A stretch of DNA of 32,000 nt, from positions 10,151 through 42,150 of the forward strand of contig JBHPFC010000016.1 in the NCBI GenBank assembly GCA_042576405.1, given 5' to 3'. This DNA is from Pseudomonadota bacterium. Its GTDB lineage: Bacteria > Pseudomonadota > Gammaproteobacteria > DSM-19610. The notes below the pieces were generated by a model. That model was not told the DNA's origin and did no database searches. It saw nothing but the letters and a program-made list of their open reading frames with translations. Positions 6,968 to 16,736 of the stretch are shown one piece after another. Each line of letters begins with the position of its first letter. Positions within the stretch are counted from its first letter, which is position 1. The translations under genes were made by a program, and so were the position numbers.

Positions 6968-8203
6968 TCAAAAATCAAGATTTGCAATTTCTATTGATAT
7001 GGCACGTTCGAGGATTTGTCTGCCCCAGGCTAAATAACCGCTCTCGCTAGTATTCAACTCAGTGACATTGCCGTGAACAAGTTTAGATCTTACGCTGTAT
7101 AATTGCTTGAAATTATTCTTAATAGTATTCCTCGCTTTTATGCTTTTACCTATCAAATAGGAGCATCTGTCGGCCAAAGTTTCTGTTAACGCGCCATTGT
7201 CTTTGGTGTCGCCTAAAAGCGCCTCAAGCCCAATACAAACCTGCAAAAACGATAAAGTACTATTTTCCGTGACATAGGAATTAAAGCACCAATTAATTGC
7301 AGACTTTATCCCTTTTGCCTCCTCATCCTGACATTCGATTAACTGGATAGGTCTTCTATTCATTGCTTGAATGGCTTTTTCTACCGCGTTTGTCTTAACC
7401 GCTAAAGCTATTGCCTTGTGCTCCCAATTTATGTCAACGCTATTTAAAAACCGGCATGTATCTAATGGGAGTTCCACTTTGGATACCTTCGGTTCCTGAT
7501 AAGCATTATCAACGCTCACGACCGATGACTTTTTTATGCTGTGTTGCGAGAGCGACCCGAGAAAACCAAGGCCTGCTTGTTTCTCAGGGGTTAACTTGAA
7601 GAAACCTCCAGCCACTCCTTGTTGCAAGATGATGTTTAAGCTGGTTAGCGCGCGTTTTACACACATGTTTTCTAAGCGTCCTCCTGAATACCCCGAAGCA
7701 CGCTGCCTTATATACACCTTCCCGACTTCAAATTTATTGAATAACTGCATCAGTCCTACTTGATAACCACCAGGTATCTCGTCAGGCATTTGAAAAGATA
7801 TTAAAGATATTGTTTCGCTTAGATCGATGGGGGTTGGGATATTTTGTGATATTTCGGGTATAGGTATGAATATGTCAAATGTTCTAGGTATGGAAACAAA
7901 ATAATTTTTTAATGTCTCTGCTATTTGCTGACATCTTTCCTCGCCTAAAAGATCCCACAAATTCCCTTCAAGCTTTTTATCACCATCGACAACAGATCTA
8001 ATTGCATCATAAGCAAAATCATAAAATATCGTAAAAACATCTGTTGAATCCAAATGCTCCTTCTTATGCTTTAAGATTTCCTTGGCGAGTGACTCAACAT
8101 GCACAGAGAATGATTCGTATTGTGGCCAATTATCTTTAATCGCACAGTTCTTTAAGGAGCCAATTATTATTTTAAATGCTTTTTCTTGAGCTTTCTGGTG
8201 CAA
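6968..8203 (-). CDS. HEPN-domain (Rx4H) protein; candidate RNase or abortive-infection effector
   Basis: 411-aa AT-rich ORF with a TTG start and an AAGGA SD. The C-terminal domain contains LYSVRSKLVHG (R at 7088-7090, H at 7073-7075), the R-x4-H signature with flanking Y..RS...HG typical of Apea/Abi-type HEPN domains. The N-terminal 300 aa are unrecognised. Confidence 0.7.
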   Translation of the reverse strand: MHQKAQEKAFKIIIGSLKNCAIKDNWPQYESFSVHVESLAKEILKHKKEHLDSTDVFTIFYDFAYDAIRSVVDGDKKLEGNLWDLLGEERCQQIAETLKNYFVSIPRTFDIFIPIPEISQNIPTPIDLSETISLISFQMPDEIPGGYQVGLMQLFNKFEVGKVYIRQRASGYSGGRLENMCVKRALTSLNIILQQGVAGGFFKLTPEKQAGLGFLGSLSQHSIKKSSVVSVDNAYQEPKVSKVELPLDTCRFLNSVDINWEHKAIALAVKTNAVEKAIQAMNRRPIQLIECQDEEAKGIKSAINWCFNSYVTENSTLSFLQVCIGLEALLGDTKDNGALTETLADRCSYLIGKSIKARNTIKNNFKQLYSVRSKLVHGNVTELNTSESGYLAWGRQILERAISIEIANLDF

Positions 8204-8242
8204 TTTATTTGTCCTTCATTAACCTACTAGTACGATTGTAAG

Positions 8243-8264
8243 TATCACTTTGAGTAAAGTGATA
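8243..8264. promoter_or_regulatory. Perfect 9-bp inverted repeat (TATCACTTT-GAGT-AAAGTGATA) 40-60 nt upstream of the HEPN gene start
   Basis: Read directly. No T-tract on either side, so it looks more like an operator than a terminator. Confidence 0.3.
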
Positions 8265-8654
8265 TGCCGTGTAAATCTATTATGTAAATGATCATATCCT
8301 GCGGAGCAATGGAAGTAGAGTATTAAGCACATATTTTGGCGTTATCTCGGCCACAACACGCTGTCAAATTCGTGCTGGGTCAAGTACATAACTTACTGCG
8401 CCGGTTTGTTGAAAGGCCTCACAAGCCTCTCGAAGTATAGCTCTTCCTTAAGCTTCCGGAGGCCTAGAGAGTGGATAGGTGGTGTAGATGTGCATTGAAT
8501 TAGGATCCAATCAGGGCAGAGAGTTGTGCGCTACTTTGAACCACTGCAAGCCGGAATATCCGCGCTTGCACAAGTCAACAGGCCGTTGGAGTGGTGGTAC
8601 ACATTTTCAATGCAAACGGGGGGTCAGAATTCACTGCGAATCAACAAACAGCAC

Positions 8655-9218
8655 TCATGACCCAGCCCGGATCACGCCGATCTTCCCCGGATGCTGAGCC
8701 TTTTCGTTGTCACGCCACTGGAAGCGGACCTCAACGGGGATACGAAACTTATCCGCAAGGCGGCTAACTTCCTTCCATGCATCCGGGGCCGATTGTCCCT
8801 GAATTGAGATGCCCAGCTCTGAGTAAAACTTGTACCCATCCTTCGTGTACTCCGATGCTTTGGCCGGAATCTGTAGTTCGGTGACCAGCTTCTCGCCGCT
8901 CAGGCCCTTCGCCTTGACAATGCCGATTACTTTCATCAGCAATCCAGCCCAGTTCAATTTATCCGGATCACCGTCGTTCACGCGAGTGGACAGGATGCGT
9001 GTGAAAGAAAGACCGGGCGCTTTTTCGAATACCAAGTCCTCACCGCTATTGTTCTTATGGAGGTTTGCATCATCGACGTCACGCTCCAGGTCGAGGGCAT
9101 CCATTTTGTCGCGGACGATTGCAGCTATGGTCTCGGCGGGGGTATTTGTTCCAATCCAAGTTGAGATGATCTTTAGATCTACGAATGTGGCGTCGTTGAG
9201 TCGAATAACAGGCATCAT
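8655..9218 (-). CDS. Hypothetical protein (187 aa from ATG 9218)
   Basis: The ORF is open from 9281, but an AGGAG SD sits 7 nt before ATGATG at 9213-9218 (MMPVIRLNDATFVDLK...). The N-terminus resembles the short beta-strand/helix pattern of SeqA-N/RHH-like modules; this is a weak impression. The rest is unrecognised. Confidence 0.65.
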   Translation of the reverse strand: MMPVIRLNDATFVDLKIISTWIGTNTPAETIAAIVRDKMDALDLERDVDDANLHKNNSGEDLVFEKAPGLSFTRILSTRVNDGDPDKLNWAGLLMKVIGIVKAKGLSGEKLVTELQIPAKASEYTKDGYKFYSELGISIQGQSAPDAWKEVSRLADKFRIPVEVRFQWRDNEKAQHPGKIGVIRAGS

Positions 9219-9255
9219 CAGCTGCTCCTGGGTAATTTTTAAAGCCAAACTATAT

Positions 9256-9300
9256 GTTACATATTCTATATTTATTGTCAAGATAATAGGTTACATATTC
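9256..9300. promoter_or_regulatory. Two perfect 11-bp direct repeats, GTTACATATTC (9256-9266, 9290-9300), in the AT-rich region upstream of the 8655-9218 gene
   Basis: Read directly. Centre-to-centre spacing is 34 bp (about 3 helical turns), and each copy is followed by (T)ATAT. Confidence 0.3.
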
Positions 9301-9373
9301 ATATATTCTTGATTTAGGTAGAGATAATTGTATAGATTGCGCTTGCTGCAGGTCTGGTTGATGCCAAAAATAG

Positions 9374-9925
9374 TTATTCAAATGCCGGATGACTCATCTG
9401 CAGGGACAATCCGTTGATCCACCGAGTCCGTCCCACCTTGCGCTCGTGAATGGAGATGTAAAGCGGCCGGACGTGCGGGAGCAGCGTTAGCATGTCCGAT
9501 ACCGTCCGGGGCGATACCCAGCAGAATCCGGTCCATCGCTTTTCGCCGCGAACCTTCTCGATGAGGCCGATGCCATCTGGTAAGTCGTAGATGGGAATCT
9601 CCTCACCTCGAATCCTGCGGTATTTTTGCGTGCCGTCTTCATCTCTAACGTGACAATCCGACAGTCTGGCCTCGAACTGACCCTCCTCAGTCTCCCATCC
9701 ATGAACCGTGATGGTGTACTTCTCGCCGGAGCGCTCGTCGGGATAATCGCAGATGCCCTCCAGCTCCACCGATGACCCGAATGAGTAGATTTCGGGATCG
9801 GCGTGATGATGACGCTTGTCCCTGGTGTCATGGTTGACGGATGCGTTAATGCTTGCCTTGTATCCGCTCAGGGGGATGGAGAGCAGTTCGTATTCGACCG
9901 AGGTGGATTTCTTCTTTTTGGCCAT
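9374..9925 (-). CDS. Hypothetical protein (183 aa), divergent from hsdR
   Basis: Long ORF with protein-like composition. The overlapping 114-aa ORF in another frame is R/S/P-rich junk. No family recognised. Confidence 0.65.
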   Translation of the reverse strand: MAKKKKSTSVEYELLSIPLSGYKASINASVNHDTRDKRHHHADPEIYSFGSSVELEGICDYPDERSGEKYTITVHGWETEEGQFEARLSDCHVRDEDGTQKYRRIRGEEIPIYDLPDGIGLIEKVRGEKRWTGFCWVSPRTVSDMLTLLPHVRPLYISIHERKVGRTRWINGLSLQMSHPAFE

Positions 9926-10103
9926 GTTGGGTATCCCTTCAATGACAGAGTAGGGTGTCGACCGTCCCTGTGCTAGGATTGCTCATGAAACGGAGGGAGA
10001 TTCATAAAATAATCAATGAGATATCTCGTGTTGGTGTGATTGCCCTGGTCCCGGACGATACGAAACTAGAACTTGGGAGCCACAAGAACACTTGTGATTG
10101 GTG

Positions 10104-12458
10104 ATGGATAGTAAAGAAAAGAAAAAGCTCAGTGAAATAGACATCTGTGATCTGTTCATTACCCCTGCTATCAAGGGTGCCGGTTGGGATCAGCTGACTC
10201 AGATACGTCGTGAGGTCACTTTGACGCCGGGACCAGTTATTGTTCGCGGCAATATGTCCTCGCGCAACAAGAAAAAGAAGAAGTTCGCGGATTACGTTCT
10301 GCAACGGGAGGCGGGTGTGCCCATCGCTATTGTCGAAGCCAAAGACAACAATCACACCGTCAGCCATGGCATGCAGCAGGCCTTGGGATACGCCGAGATC
10401 CTGCATGTGCCCAGCGCCTTCAGCTCCAATGGCGATGCATTTGCTTCGCACAACAAACTGGCGCCCGCTACCGGTGCGGAAACGGAAACCGAGTTTCCGC
10501 TAGAGTCGTTCCCCACGCCGGCCGAGCTCTGGCAGCGCTACAAAACCTACCGCGGCATTGAAGACAGCGAAGAAGAGCTCGTAACCGAGCCTTACCAGGA
10601 CGATGGTTCCGGAAAAGAGCCTCGCTACTACCAGGCAGAGGCGATAAACCGCGTAATCGAAGCCGTTGCTAAAGGCAAAAAGCGCCTGCTGCTGGTTATG
10701 GCCACGGGAACCGGCAAAACCTACACCACATTCCAGATCATCTGGCGCCTGTGGAAGGCAAAAAAAGCCAAGCGAATCCTGTTTCTGGTCGATCGCAACA
10801 TTCTGGCCGACCAAACCCTGGTCAATGACTTCAAGCCCTTCGGCTCCGTCATGACCAAAATCAAGAACCGCAAGATTGACCCGTCCTACGAGATCTACCT
10901 CGGACTCTATCAGGCGCTCACCGGCCCGGACGAAGAAGACAAGATCTTCAAAAATGTCTCGCGGGATTTCTTCGATCTGATTGTGATCGATGAGTGCCAC
11001 CGCGGCAGCGCATCCGAAGATTCAGCCTGGCGGGAAATCCTCGATTACTTTTCCGATGCCATCCAACTGGGCATGACGGCCACGCCCAAAGAAACCGAGT
11101 ACGTTTCCAACATCACCTATTTTGGCGAGCCCGTTTACACCTATACGCTCAAGCAGGGCATCGAAGACGGCTTCCTGGCCCCTTATAAAGTCGTCCGCAT
11201 CGATATTGATAAGGATATTCTGGGCTGGACGCCGCCGCCGGGCATGAAGGACGACCTCGGTCAGGAAATCGAGCAGCGCGAGTACAACCAAAAAGACATG
11301 GACCGCATCCTGGTACTCAACCAGCGCACCAAGCTGGTGGCCAAATGCGTAATGGAGTTGCTCAACGCCACCGAACCCTATGCCAAGACCATTATCTTCT
11401 GTGAAGACATCGATCACGCCGAACGCATGCGCAAAGCCATCGTGAATGCGGCCGGCCAGATCGCTATCGACAACCCCAAATACGTCATGCGTATCACAGG
11501 TGACAGCGTGGAGGGCAAGGCGGAGCTGGATAACTTCATTGATCCGGAAAGCAAGTTCCCGGTCATCGCCACCACCTCAGAGCTGCTTTCTACCGGGGTG
11601 GATGCCAAAACCTGCAAACTCATTGTGCTGGATAAAAACATCAAATCCATGACCACCTTTAAACAGATCATCGGCCGTGGCACCCGTATTGAGGAAGAGC
11701 AAAACAAGTACTACTTCACCGTCATGGATTTCAAAAAGGCGACAGAGCTGTTTAAAGACCCCGATTTCGACGGTGAGCCAGTCGTTATTTATGAGCCCAG
11801 CGGTGGTGATGACCCGGTACCACCTGATCCCGACTATCCGGACGATGATCCCGACGGCGATGGGGTAGAGGACGAGCCGGGCACCTATAAGGTCCAAGTC
11901 AGCGGCGTCGAGGTGAAAATCCTAGCAAAACGCGTGGAATACCTGGGCCCAGATGGCCAGCTCATTACCGAGTCCTATAAAGACTACTCAAGAAAACAAA
12001 TTCGTTCCGAATTCGCCTCCCTCGACGAGTTCCTCAACAAATGGAACAGTGCTAAAAAGAAGGAAGCCATCATTAAAGAGCTGGAAGACCACGGTATCCT
12101 TCTCGCCAGCCTCGCGCTGGAAGTCGGCAAGGAATACGGCGATTTCGACCTCATCTGCCACATCGCCTACGACATGCCGCCGCTCACTCGCAAAGAGCGC
12201 GCCAACAACGTCAAGAAACGCAATTACTTCACCAAATACGGTGAGCAGGCGAGGGCAGTGCTGGAATCCCTGCTCGACAAGTACGCTGACGAAGGCATCA
12301 CCACCATCGAAAGCCCGCGCGTGTTAAAACTCAGGCCCTTCGACAGCATGGGCACGCCCATGGAAATCATCAACAATGCTTTTGGCGGCAAGGAACACTA
12401 CGAAAAGGCCGTCCAGGAGCTGGAACAGGAACTCTACTATCAGGATAAATCGGCATGA
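10104..12458 (+). CDS. hsdR: Type I restriction enzyme R subunit (HsdR)
   Basis: N-terminal nuclease motif ADYVL...IAIVEAKD. Helicase motif I MATGTGKT and motif [10 protein letters not shown], then GMTATP and later SF2 motifs ([18 protein letters not shown]). ATG 10104 is preferred over the track TTG at 10098. Confidence 0.95.
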   Translation: MDSKEKKKLSEIDICDLFITPAIKGAGWDQLTQIRREVTLTPGPVIVRGNMSSRNKKKKKFADYVLQREAGVPIAIVEAKDNNHTVSHGMQQALGYAEILHVPSAFSSNGDAFASHNKLAPATGAETETEFPLESFPTPAELWQRYKTYRGIEDSEEELVTEPYQDDGSGKEPRYYQAEAINRVIEAVAKGKKRLLLVMATGTGKTYTTFQIIWRLWKAKKAKRILFLVDRNILADQTLVNDFKPFGSVMTKIKNRKIDPSYEIYLGLYQALTGPDEEDKIFKNVSRDFFDLIVIDECHRGSASEDSAWREILDYFSDAIQLGMTATPKETEYVSNITYFGEPVYTYTLKQGIEDGFLAPYKVVRIDIDKDILGWTPPPGMKDDLGQEIEQREYNQKDMDRILVLNQRTKLVAKCVMELLNATEPYAKTIIFCEDIDHAERMRKAIVNAAGQIAIDNPKYVMRITGDSVEGKAELDNFIDPESKFPVIATTSELLSTGVDAKTCKLIVLDKNIKSMTTFKQIIGRGTRIEEEQNKYYFTVMDFKKATELFKDPDFDGEPVVIYEPSGGDDPVPPDPDYPDDDPDGDGVEDEPGTYKVQVSGVEVKILAKRVEYLGPDGQLITESYKDYSRKQIRSEFASLDEFLNKWNSAKKKEAIIKELEDHGILLASLALEVGKEYGDFDLICHIAYDMPPLTRKERANNVKKRNYFTKYGEQARAVLESLLDKYADEGITTIESPRVLKLRPFDSMGTPMEIINNAFGGKEHYEKAVQELEQELYYQDKSA

Positions 12459-13951
12459 GTAATGTCAGCGGTATCATCAAGTCCATCCAGGACATCATGC
12501 GCAAAGACGTCGGCGTCGACGGCGACGCCCAGCGCATCAGTCAGCTGGTGTGGATGTTTTTCCTCAAGATCTACGACGACCGCGAGGCAGAGCTGGAATT
12601 ACTGGAAGACGATTACCAGTCGCCGCTGCCGGAAAAGCTCCGCTGGCGCAATTGGGCCGCCGATCCGGAGGGTATGACGGGCGACGAACTCAACGAGTTT
12701 GTTAATCTCCAGCTGTTCCCGACGCTGAAGACCGGGCTCAAACTGAAGGGGCCGACAGGTCAGCGCGCCCTGGTCATCCGCAACATCTTCGAAGACGCCT
12801 ACAACTACATGAAGTCCGGCACTCTGATCCGCCAGGTCATCAACAAGATCTGCGAAATCGACTTCAACAACACCGAAGATCGCCACACCTTCGGCAGTAT
12901 TTACGAACAAATCCTCAAGGACCTGCAAAGCGCCGGTAACGCGGGTGAGTTCTATACCCCGCGCGCCGTCACCCAATTCATTGTCAACCGGGTGGCCCCG
13001 CAACTTAAGGAATCCGTGCTCGACCCGGCCTGCGGCACCGGCGGCTTTCTGGCCTGCACCATAGATCACAAGCGCGACACCTACGTGAAGTCCGCCAAGG
13101 ACGAAGAGGCGCTGCAAAAGAGCATTCACGGCGTGGAGAAAAAAGCCCTGCCGCACATGCTCTGCACCACCAACATGATCCTGCACGGCATCGACGTGCC
13201 CGTTCAGATTGAGCACGACAACATGCTCAGCCGCCGCGCCTACAAAGACTATGGCGAAAAAGACCGCGTCAACGTCATCGTCACCAACCCGCCCTTCGGC
13301 GGCATGGAAGAAGACGGCGTGGAGAACCAGTTTCCCGCCACCTACCGCACACGCGAAACAGCCGATCTGTTCATGGCGCTGGTCATCAAGCTGCTCAAAA
13401 ATCGCGGCCGCGCCGCCGTAGTGCTGCCTGACGGCTTCTTATTCGGTGAGGGGATGAAAACCCGCCTCAAGCAGGAGTTGCTGGAAAAGTGCAATCTGCA
13501 CACCATCGTGCGCCTGCCCAATGGCGTGTTTGCGCCTTACACCGGCATCAAAACCAACATCCTGTTCTTCACCAAAAAGCCCGAAAGCGAGCAGCCCGGC
13601 ACCTCACAGGTCTGGTACTACGAGCACCCTTACCCGGAAGGTGTGACCAGCTACAACAAAACCAAGCCCATGCGCTTCGAAGAGTTCGCCACCGAGATCG
13701 AGTGGTGGGGCAATGAGCAAGACGGCTTCAAAGCCCGCAAACAAACCGAGCAGGCGTGGCAGGTCAGCGTCGAAGATATCGTAGCCCGTAACTACAATCT
13801 CGATATCAAGAACCCCCACGTCGGCGAACAGGTCAACCACGATCCGGAACAACTGCTGGCCGACTATCAGCAGCAACAGAGCGAGATTCAAAGCCTGCGT
13901 GACCAGCTGAAAACCATTCTGTCCGACGCGCTAACCGGGGCGAACAAATAA
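12455..13951 (+). CDS. hsdM: Type I R-M N6-adenine DNA methyltransferase subunit (HsdM)
   Basis: HsdM N-terminal domain. AdoMet motif [13 protein letters not shown] and catalytic motif [11 protein letters not shown]. The ATG overlaps the hsdR TGA as ATGA (12455-12458). Confidence 0.95.
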   Translation: MSNVSGIIKSIQDIMRKDVGVDGDAQRISQLVWMFFLKIYDDREAELELLEDDYQSPLPEKLRWRNWAADPEGMTGDELNEFVNLQLFPTLKTGLKLKGPTGQRALVIRNIFEDAYNYMKSGTLIRQVINKICEIDFNNTEDRHTFGSIYEQILKDLQSAGNAGEFYTPRAVTQFIVNRVAPQLKESVLDPACGTGGFLACTIDHKRDTYVKSAKDEEALQKSIHGVEKKALPHMLCTTNMILHGIDVPVQIEHDNMLSRRAYKDYGEKDRVNVIVTNPPFGGMEEDGVENQFPATYRTRETADLFMALVIKLLKNRGRAAVVLPDGFLFGEGMKTRLKQELLEKCNLHTIVRLPNGVFAPYTGIKTNILFFTKKPESEQPGTSQVWYYEHPYPEGVTSYNKTKPMRFEEFATEIEWWGNEQDGFKARKQTEQAWQVSVEDIVARNYNLDIKNPHVGEQVNHDPEQLLADYQQQQSEIQSLRDQLKTILSDALTGANK

Positions 13952-15747
13952 TGCCAGCGGCCGAACAACTCATCACGGCTAACCTGGATATCTGGTCATC
14001 GGCCATCAAAACCAAATCTGCCGCAGGCCGTGGCAATAGCAAAAAGCGCGAGCTTTACGGCATAAAAAAACTGCGTGAGCTGATCATGGAGCTGGCTTTT
14101 TCAGGAATGCTTGTGGCAACTGATAAGGTGCAGGTGAACCACGAAGATTTGCTGTCGAAAATGACCGATGAAAAAGCGGATTTTCATAAGCGAAAGGGCG
14201 TTCGTCTTCAGAAGTTTAAGGAGCTGCCAGATATTGACGTGAGCCTAAAATGTCCAGCCAGTTGGGAAACGGTATATTTTGACCAGGTGATCAAATACAT
14301 AACTGATTTTCAAGCTAACGGTAGCTTCGCGACCCTAAAGAAGAATGTAACTTACTATGAATCGCCCAATTATGCCTTGTTGCTGAGGCTTACAGATTTA
14401 AGGCATGGGCTTACGGATAGTAGCAATTACAAGTATACAGATGAGGCAGGTTACAAATTCTTAGCGAAATCATCTATTGACGGTGGTGAATTAGTTATCG
14501 CAAATGTCGGGGCGGGGGTTGGTACTACATTAATGGTCCCCGAGCTCGATATGCCAGCGACGTTGGCTCCAAATATGTTTATGGTTGTTCTGTCCGATCT
14601 TATAAGCAAAGAATACTTTCTATATTTTTCACAGTCGCCAGCATATTGGAAGCACATAGAGCAGGTGAATACCGGAACAGGCCAGCCGAAGATAAATAAA
14701 ACCGAGTATAAGAACTGCAAGATTCCGCTGCCTTCACATTCCGAACAGCTAAGAATCGTCGCCAAAGTCGACGAACTCATGGCCCTCTGCGACCAGCTGG
14801 AACAGCAGCAAGAAACCAGCATCACCGCCCATCAGACCCTGGTGCAAACTCTGCTCGACGCACTGACCACGGCCAGCGAGCGCGACGGCTTCACCGCCGC
14901 TTGGGCAAGAATCGCCGACCACTTCGACGCCCTCTTCACCACCGAGTGGAGCATCGACCAGCTCAAAAAAACCGTCCTCCAGCTCGCCGTCATGGGCAAA
15001 ATTATCCCGCAGGATCCCAACGACGAACCAGCCTGCGAGCTTCTTAAGAAAATTGCCGCCGAGAAGGCCCAGCTGGTGAAGGTAGGCAAGATCAAGAAAC
15101 AAAAAGCGTTACCGCGGATTGAAGATGATGAAAAGCCTTTTGCGCTGCCGGATGGTTGGTGCTACACGAGGCTTGATGATCTTTGCGCTTGGATCACTTC
15201 CGGTTCTACACCGCCAAAGTCAGAATTTCAGGATCATGGGGGCGTGCCTTATCTCAAGGTATACAATATTCGCGAACAAGCGATAGATTTCGACTACAAG
15301 CCGCAGTTCGTTAATTCTGCGTGTCACGAAGGTAAGTTAAAGAGGTCGATTCTTTATCCCGGTGACGTAGTAATGAATATCGTTGGCCCGCCATTAGGGA
15401 AGATCGCTATTATTCCAGATACCCACCCAGAGTGGAATTGTAATCAAGCAATTGCCTTTTTTCGTCCCATCGATATAAGGCTTAATTCCTATATTTATAC
15501 GTATTTAACTTCCCATCTGTTTCTTGGTTACATCGAGCTTATTGGCACGGCGGGCCAAGACAACATATCAGTAACAAAAAGCAGAACCATAGTCTTTCCC
15601 ATGCCGCCGTTCGAAGAGCAGTGCCGAATCGTTGCTAAAGTTAATGAACTCCTGGCCCTTTGCGACACGCTGAAGGTAGGTCTTAACAACGCCCAAGCCA
15701 CCCAATTGCAATTGGCCGATTCCATGACCGAACAAGCTGTTGCGTGA
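13951..15747 (+). CDS. hsdS: Type I R-M specificity subunit (HsdS) with two target-recognition domains
   Basis: Two variable AT-richer TRDs are each followed by a conserved helix: EQLRIVAKVDELMALCDQLE (14743-14802) and EQCRIVAKVNELLALCDTLK (15616-15675). The ATG overlaps the hsdM TAA as TAATG (13949-13953). Confidence 0.95.
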   Translation: MPAAEQLITANLDIWSSAIKTKSAAGRGNSKKRELYGIKKLRELIMELAFSGMLVATDKVQVNHEDLLSKMTDEKADFHKRKGVRLQKFKELPDIDVSLKCPASWETVYFDQVIKYITDFQANGSFATLKKNVTYYESPNYALLLRLTDLRHGLTDSSNYKYTDEAGYKFLAKSSIDGGELVIANVGAGVGTTLMVPELDMPATLAPNMFMVVLSDLISKEYFLYFSQSPAYWKHIEQVNTGTGQPKINKTEYKNCKIPLPSHSEQLRIVAKVDELMALCDQLEQQQETSITAHQTLVQTLLDALTTASERDGFTAAWARIADHFDALFTTEWSIDQLKKTVLQLAVMGKIIPQDPNDEPACELLKKIAAEKAQLVKVGKIKKQKALPRIEDDEKPFALPDGWCYTRLDDLCAWITSGSTPPKSEFQDHGGVPYLKVYNIREQAIDFDYKPQFVNSACHEGKLKRSILYPGDVVMNIVGPPLGKIAIIPDTHPEWNCNQAIAFFRPIDIRLNSYIYTYLTSHLFLGYIELIGTAGQDNISVTKSRTIVFPMPPFEEQCRIVAKVNELLALCDTLKVGLNNAQATQLQLADSMTEQAVA

Positions 15748-16736
15748 TGACAATCAAAATTGCGCCAATACCGGATTTGCCTGATGAGCTTCTCGCTGCG
15801 GCTCAGGCAGGAAGGCTTGTGCCATTCGTGGGGGCTGGTGTTTCACGGATTGCCGGTTGCCCGGGGTGGGATGCCCTTGCAAATGCCTCACTTCAGCAAA
15901 TGGTTGATGCTGGAAGGTTATCGTATGCCGAGTTAGAGCAATGTCAGTCAATTACAGCGCCAAGGATAAAGCTGTCGATGGCGGAGTTGATCGCGAGGAA
16001 GCATGGGTTATCAATAGACTACAAAAAAGTCCTGGAACGACCAGGCTGGCAAATGAATTCCAAAGGCTTACAGTGCTATGGAGCGCTAGGGCAACTAGGG
16101 CAGCGATTTGTCACAACCAATTATGACGGATGGCTGGACTATGAGTATCCAACTGTTCCCGGCGCCCCTGTGCCGACAGGCCCGTCGAGTACGCCAAGCT
16201 ACGCTACTAGGCTGGCATATTATGATCGTAGCGACTTTACTGCTGCGCGATTTCGAGAACCCAACACCGTCATCCATCTCCATGGTTCGTTGCAGAACCC
16301 AGGCAGCATGATTCTGACTATGCGTGACTACATCTCTCACTACGCTAATGATCGGGGCGGCGGTGGAGATGAGGAGAACCAGGTGTTGACGTTTCTCGAG
16401 CACCTATTTGAAGACAAGACCGTCCTTTTTGTCGGATATGGTCTCGAGGATTTGGATATCCTCGAACACGTCGTCCAGAAGGCCCGTGGCATGGCGCGCG
16501 GGAGGAGCTTAGTGCGTCACTATATGCTGCAGCCCTATTTTTCCTATGAGCAGGGCCTTGCGGAGAACATGGAGCGCTATTTCCGTGAAGAGTGTGGTAT
16601 CGCATTGTTGCCATACCAGCGTGACAGTAAGAATTACGACCAACTCATTGATGTCTTGACAGATTACGCGCGGCGAATTCCAGCAGCAGATCCGATGGTG
16701 CTGCAGGACCTGCGCGAGATGGAAGGAATGATCTGA
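15747..16736 (+). CDS. SIR2-family (SIR2_2-like) protein; predicted NAD+-consuming effector
   Basis: GAGVS (15831-15845), TTNYD (16113-16127), HLHGS (16275-16289) and VLFVGYGLEDLD give the Rossmann/Asn/His signature of defence-type sirtuin domains. The ATG 15747 overlaps the hsdS TGA as TGATG. Confidence 0.85.
   Translation: MTIKIAPIPDLPDELLAAAQAGRLVPFVGAGVSRIAGCPGWDALANASLQQMVDAGRLSYAELEQCQSITAPRIKLSMAELIARKHGLSIDYKKVLERPGWQMNSKGLQCYGALGQLGQRFVTTNYDGWLDYEYPTVPGAPVPTGPSSTPSYATRLAYYDRSDFTAARFREPNTVIHLHGSLQNPGSMILTMRDYISHYANDRGGGGDEENQVLTFLEHLFEDKTVLFVGYGLEDLDILEHVVQKARGMARGRSLVRHYMLQPYFSYEQGLAENMERYFREECGIALLPYQRDSKNYDQLIDVLTDYARRIPAADPMVLQDLREMEGMI

Noticed and set aside
6780-7037. Track ORFs 6780-6971 (minus) and 6813-7037 (plus)
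   Set aside because: Both are junk-like. The real gene here is the 57-aa csrA-like ORF in a different minus frame (6734-6907), with a strong SD.
8488-8697. 69-aa plus-strand ORF in the 450-bp gap between the HEPN gene and the 8655-9218 gene
   Set aside because: It has no SD, a Cys/His/Arg-rich odd composition, and it overlaps the 3' end of the convergent gene. I treat the region as non-coding promoter or junction DNA, with low certainty.
10002-15753. Numerous 60-205-aa ORFs antisense to or out of frame with hsdR/hsdM/hsdS (for example 10002-10451, 10500-11000, 11022-11417, 11577-11897, 12599-13216, 13604-13891, 14451-14825, 14749-15102)
   Set aside because: All lie inside long ORFs with unmistakable HsdR/M/S motifs. 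Their translations are low-complexity (R/G/A/L/V-rich), as is typical of shadow frames in GC-rich coding DNA.
15747-16736. Interpreting the SIR2-like gene as a housekeeping CobB-type protein deacetylase
   Set aside because: It lacks the zinc-ribbon Cys pairs and the GAGIS.ESGIP/FRG-type motifs of CobB. It has the TTNYD and lHGs pattern of the SIR2_2 defence clade, and it sits in an R-M operon on a genomic island.
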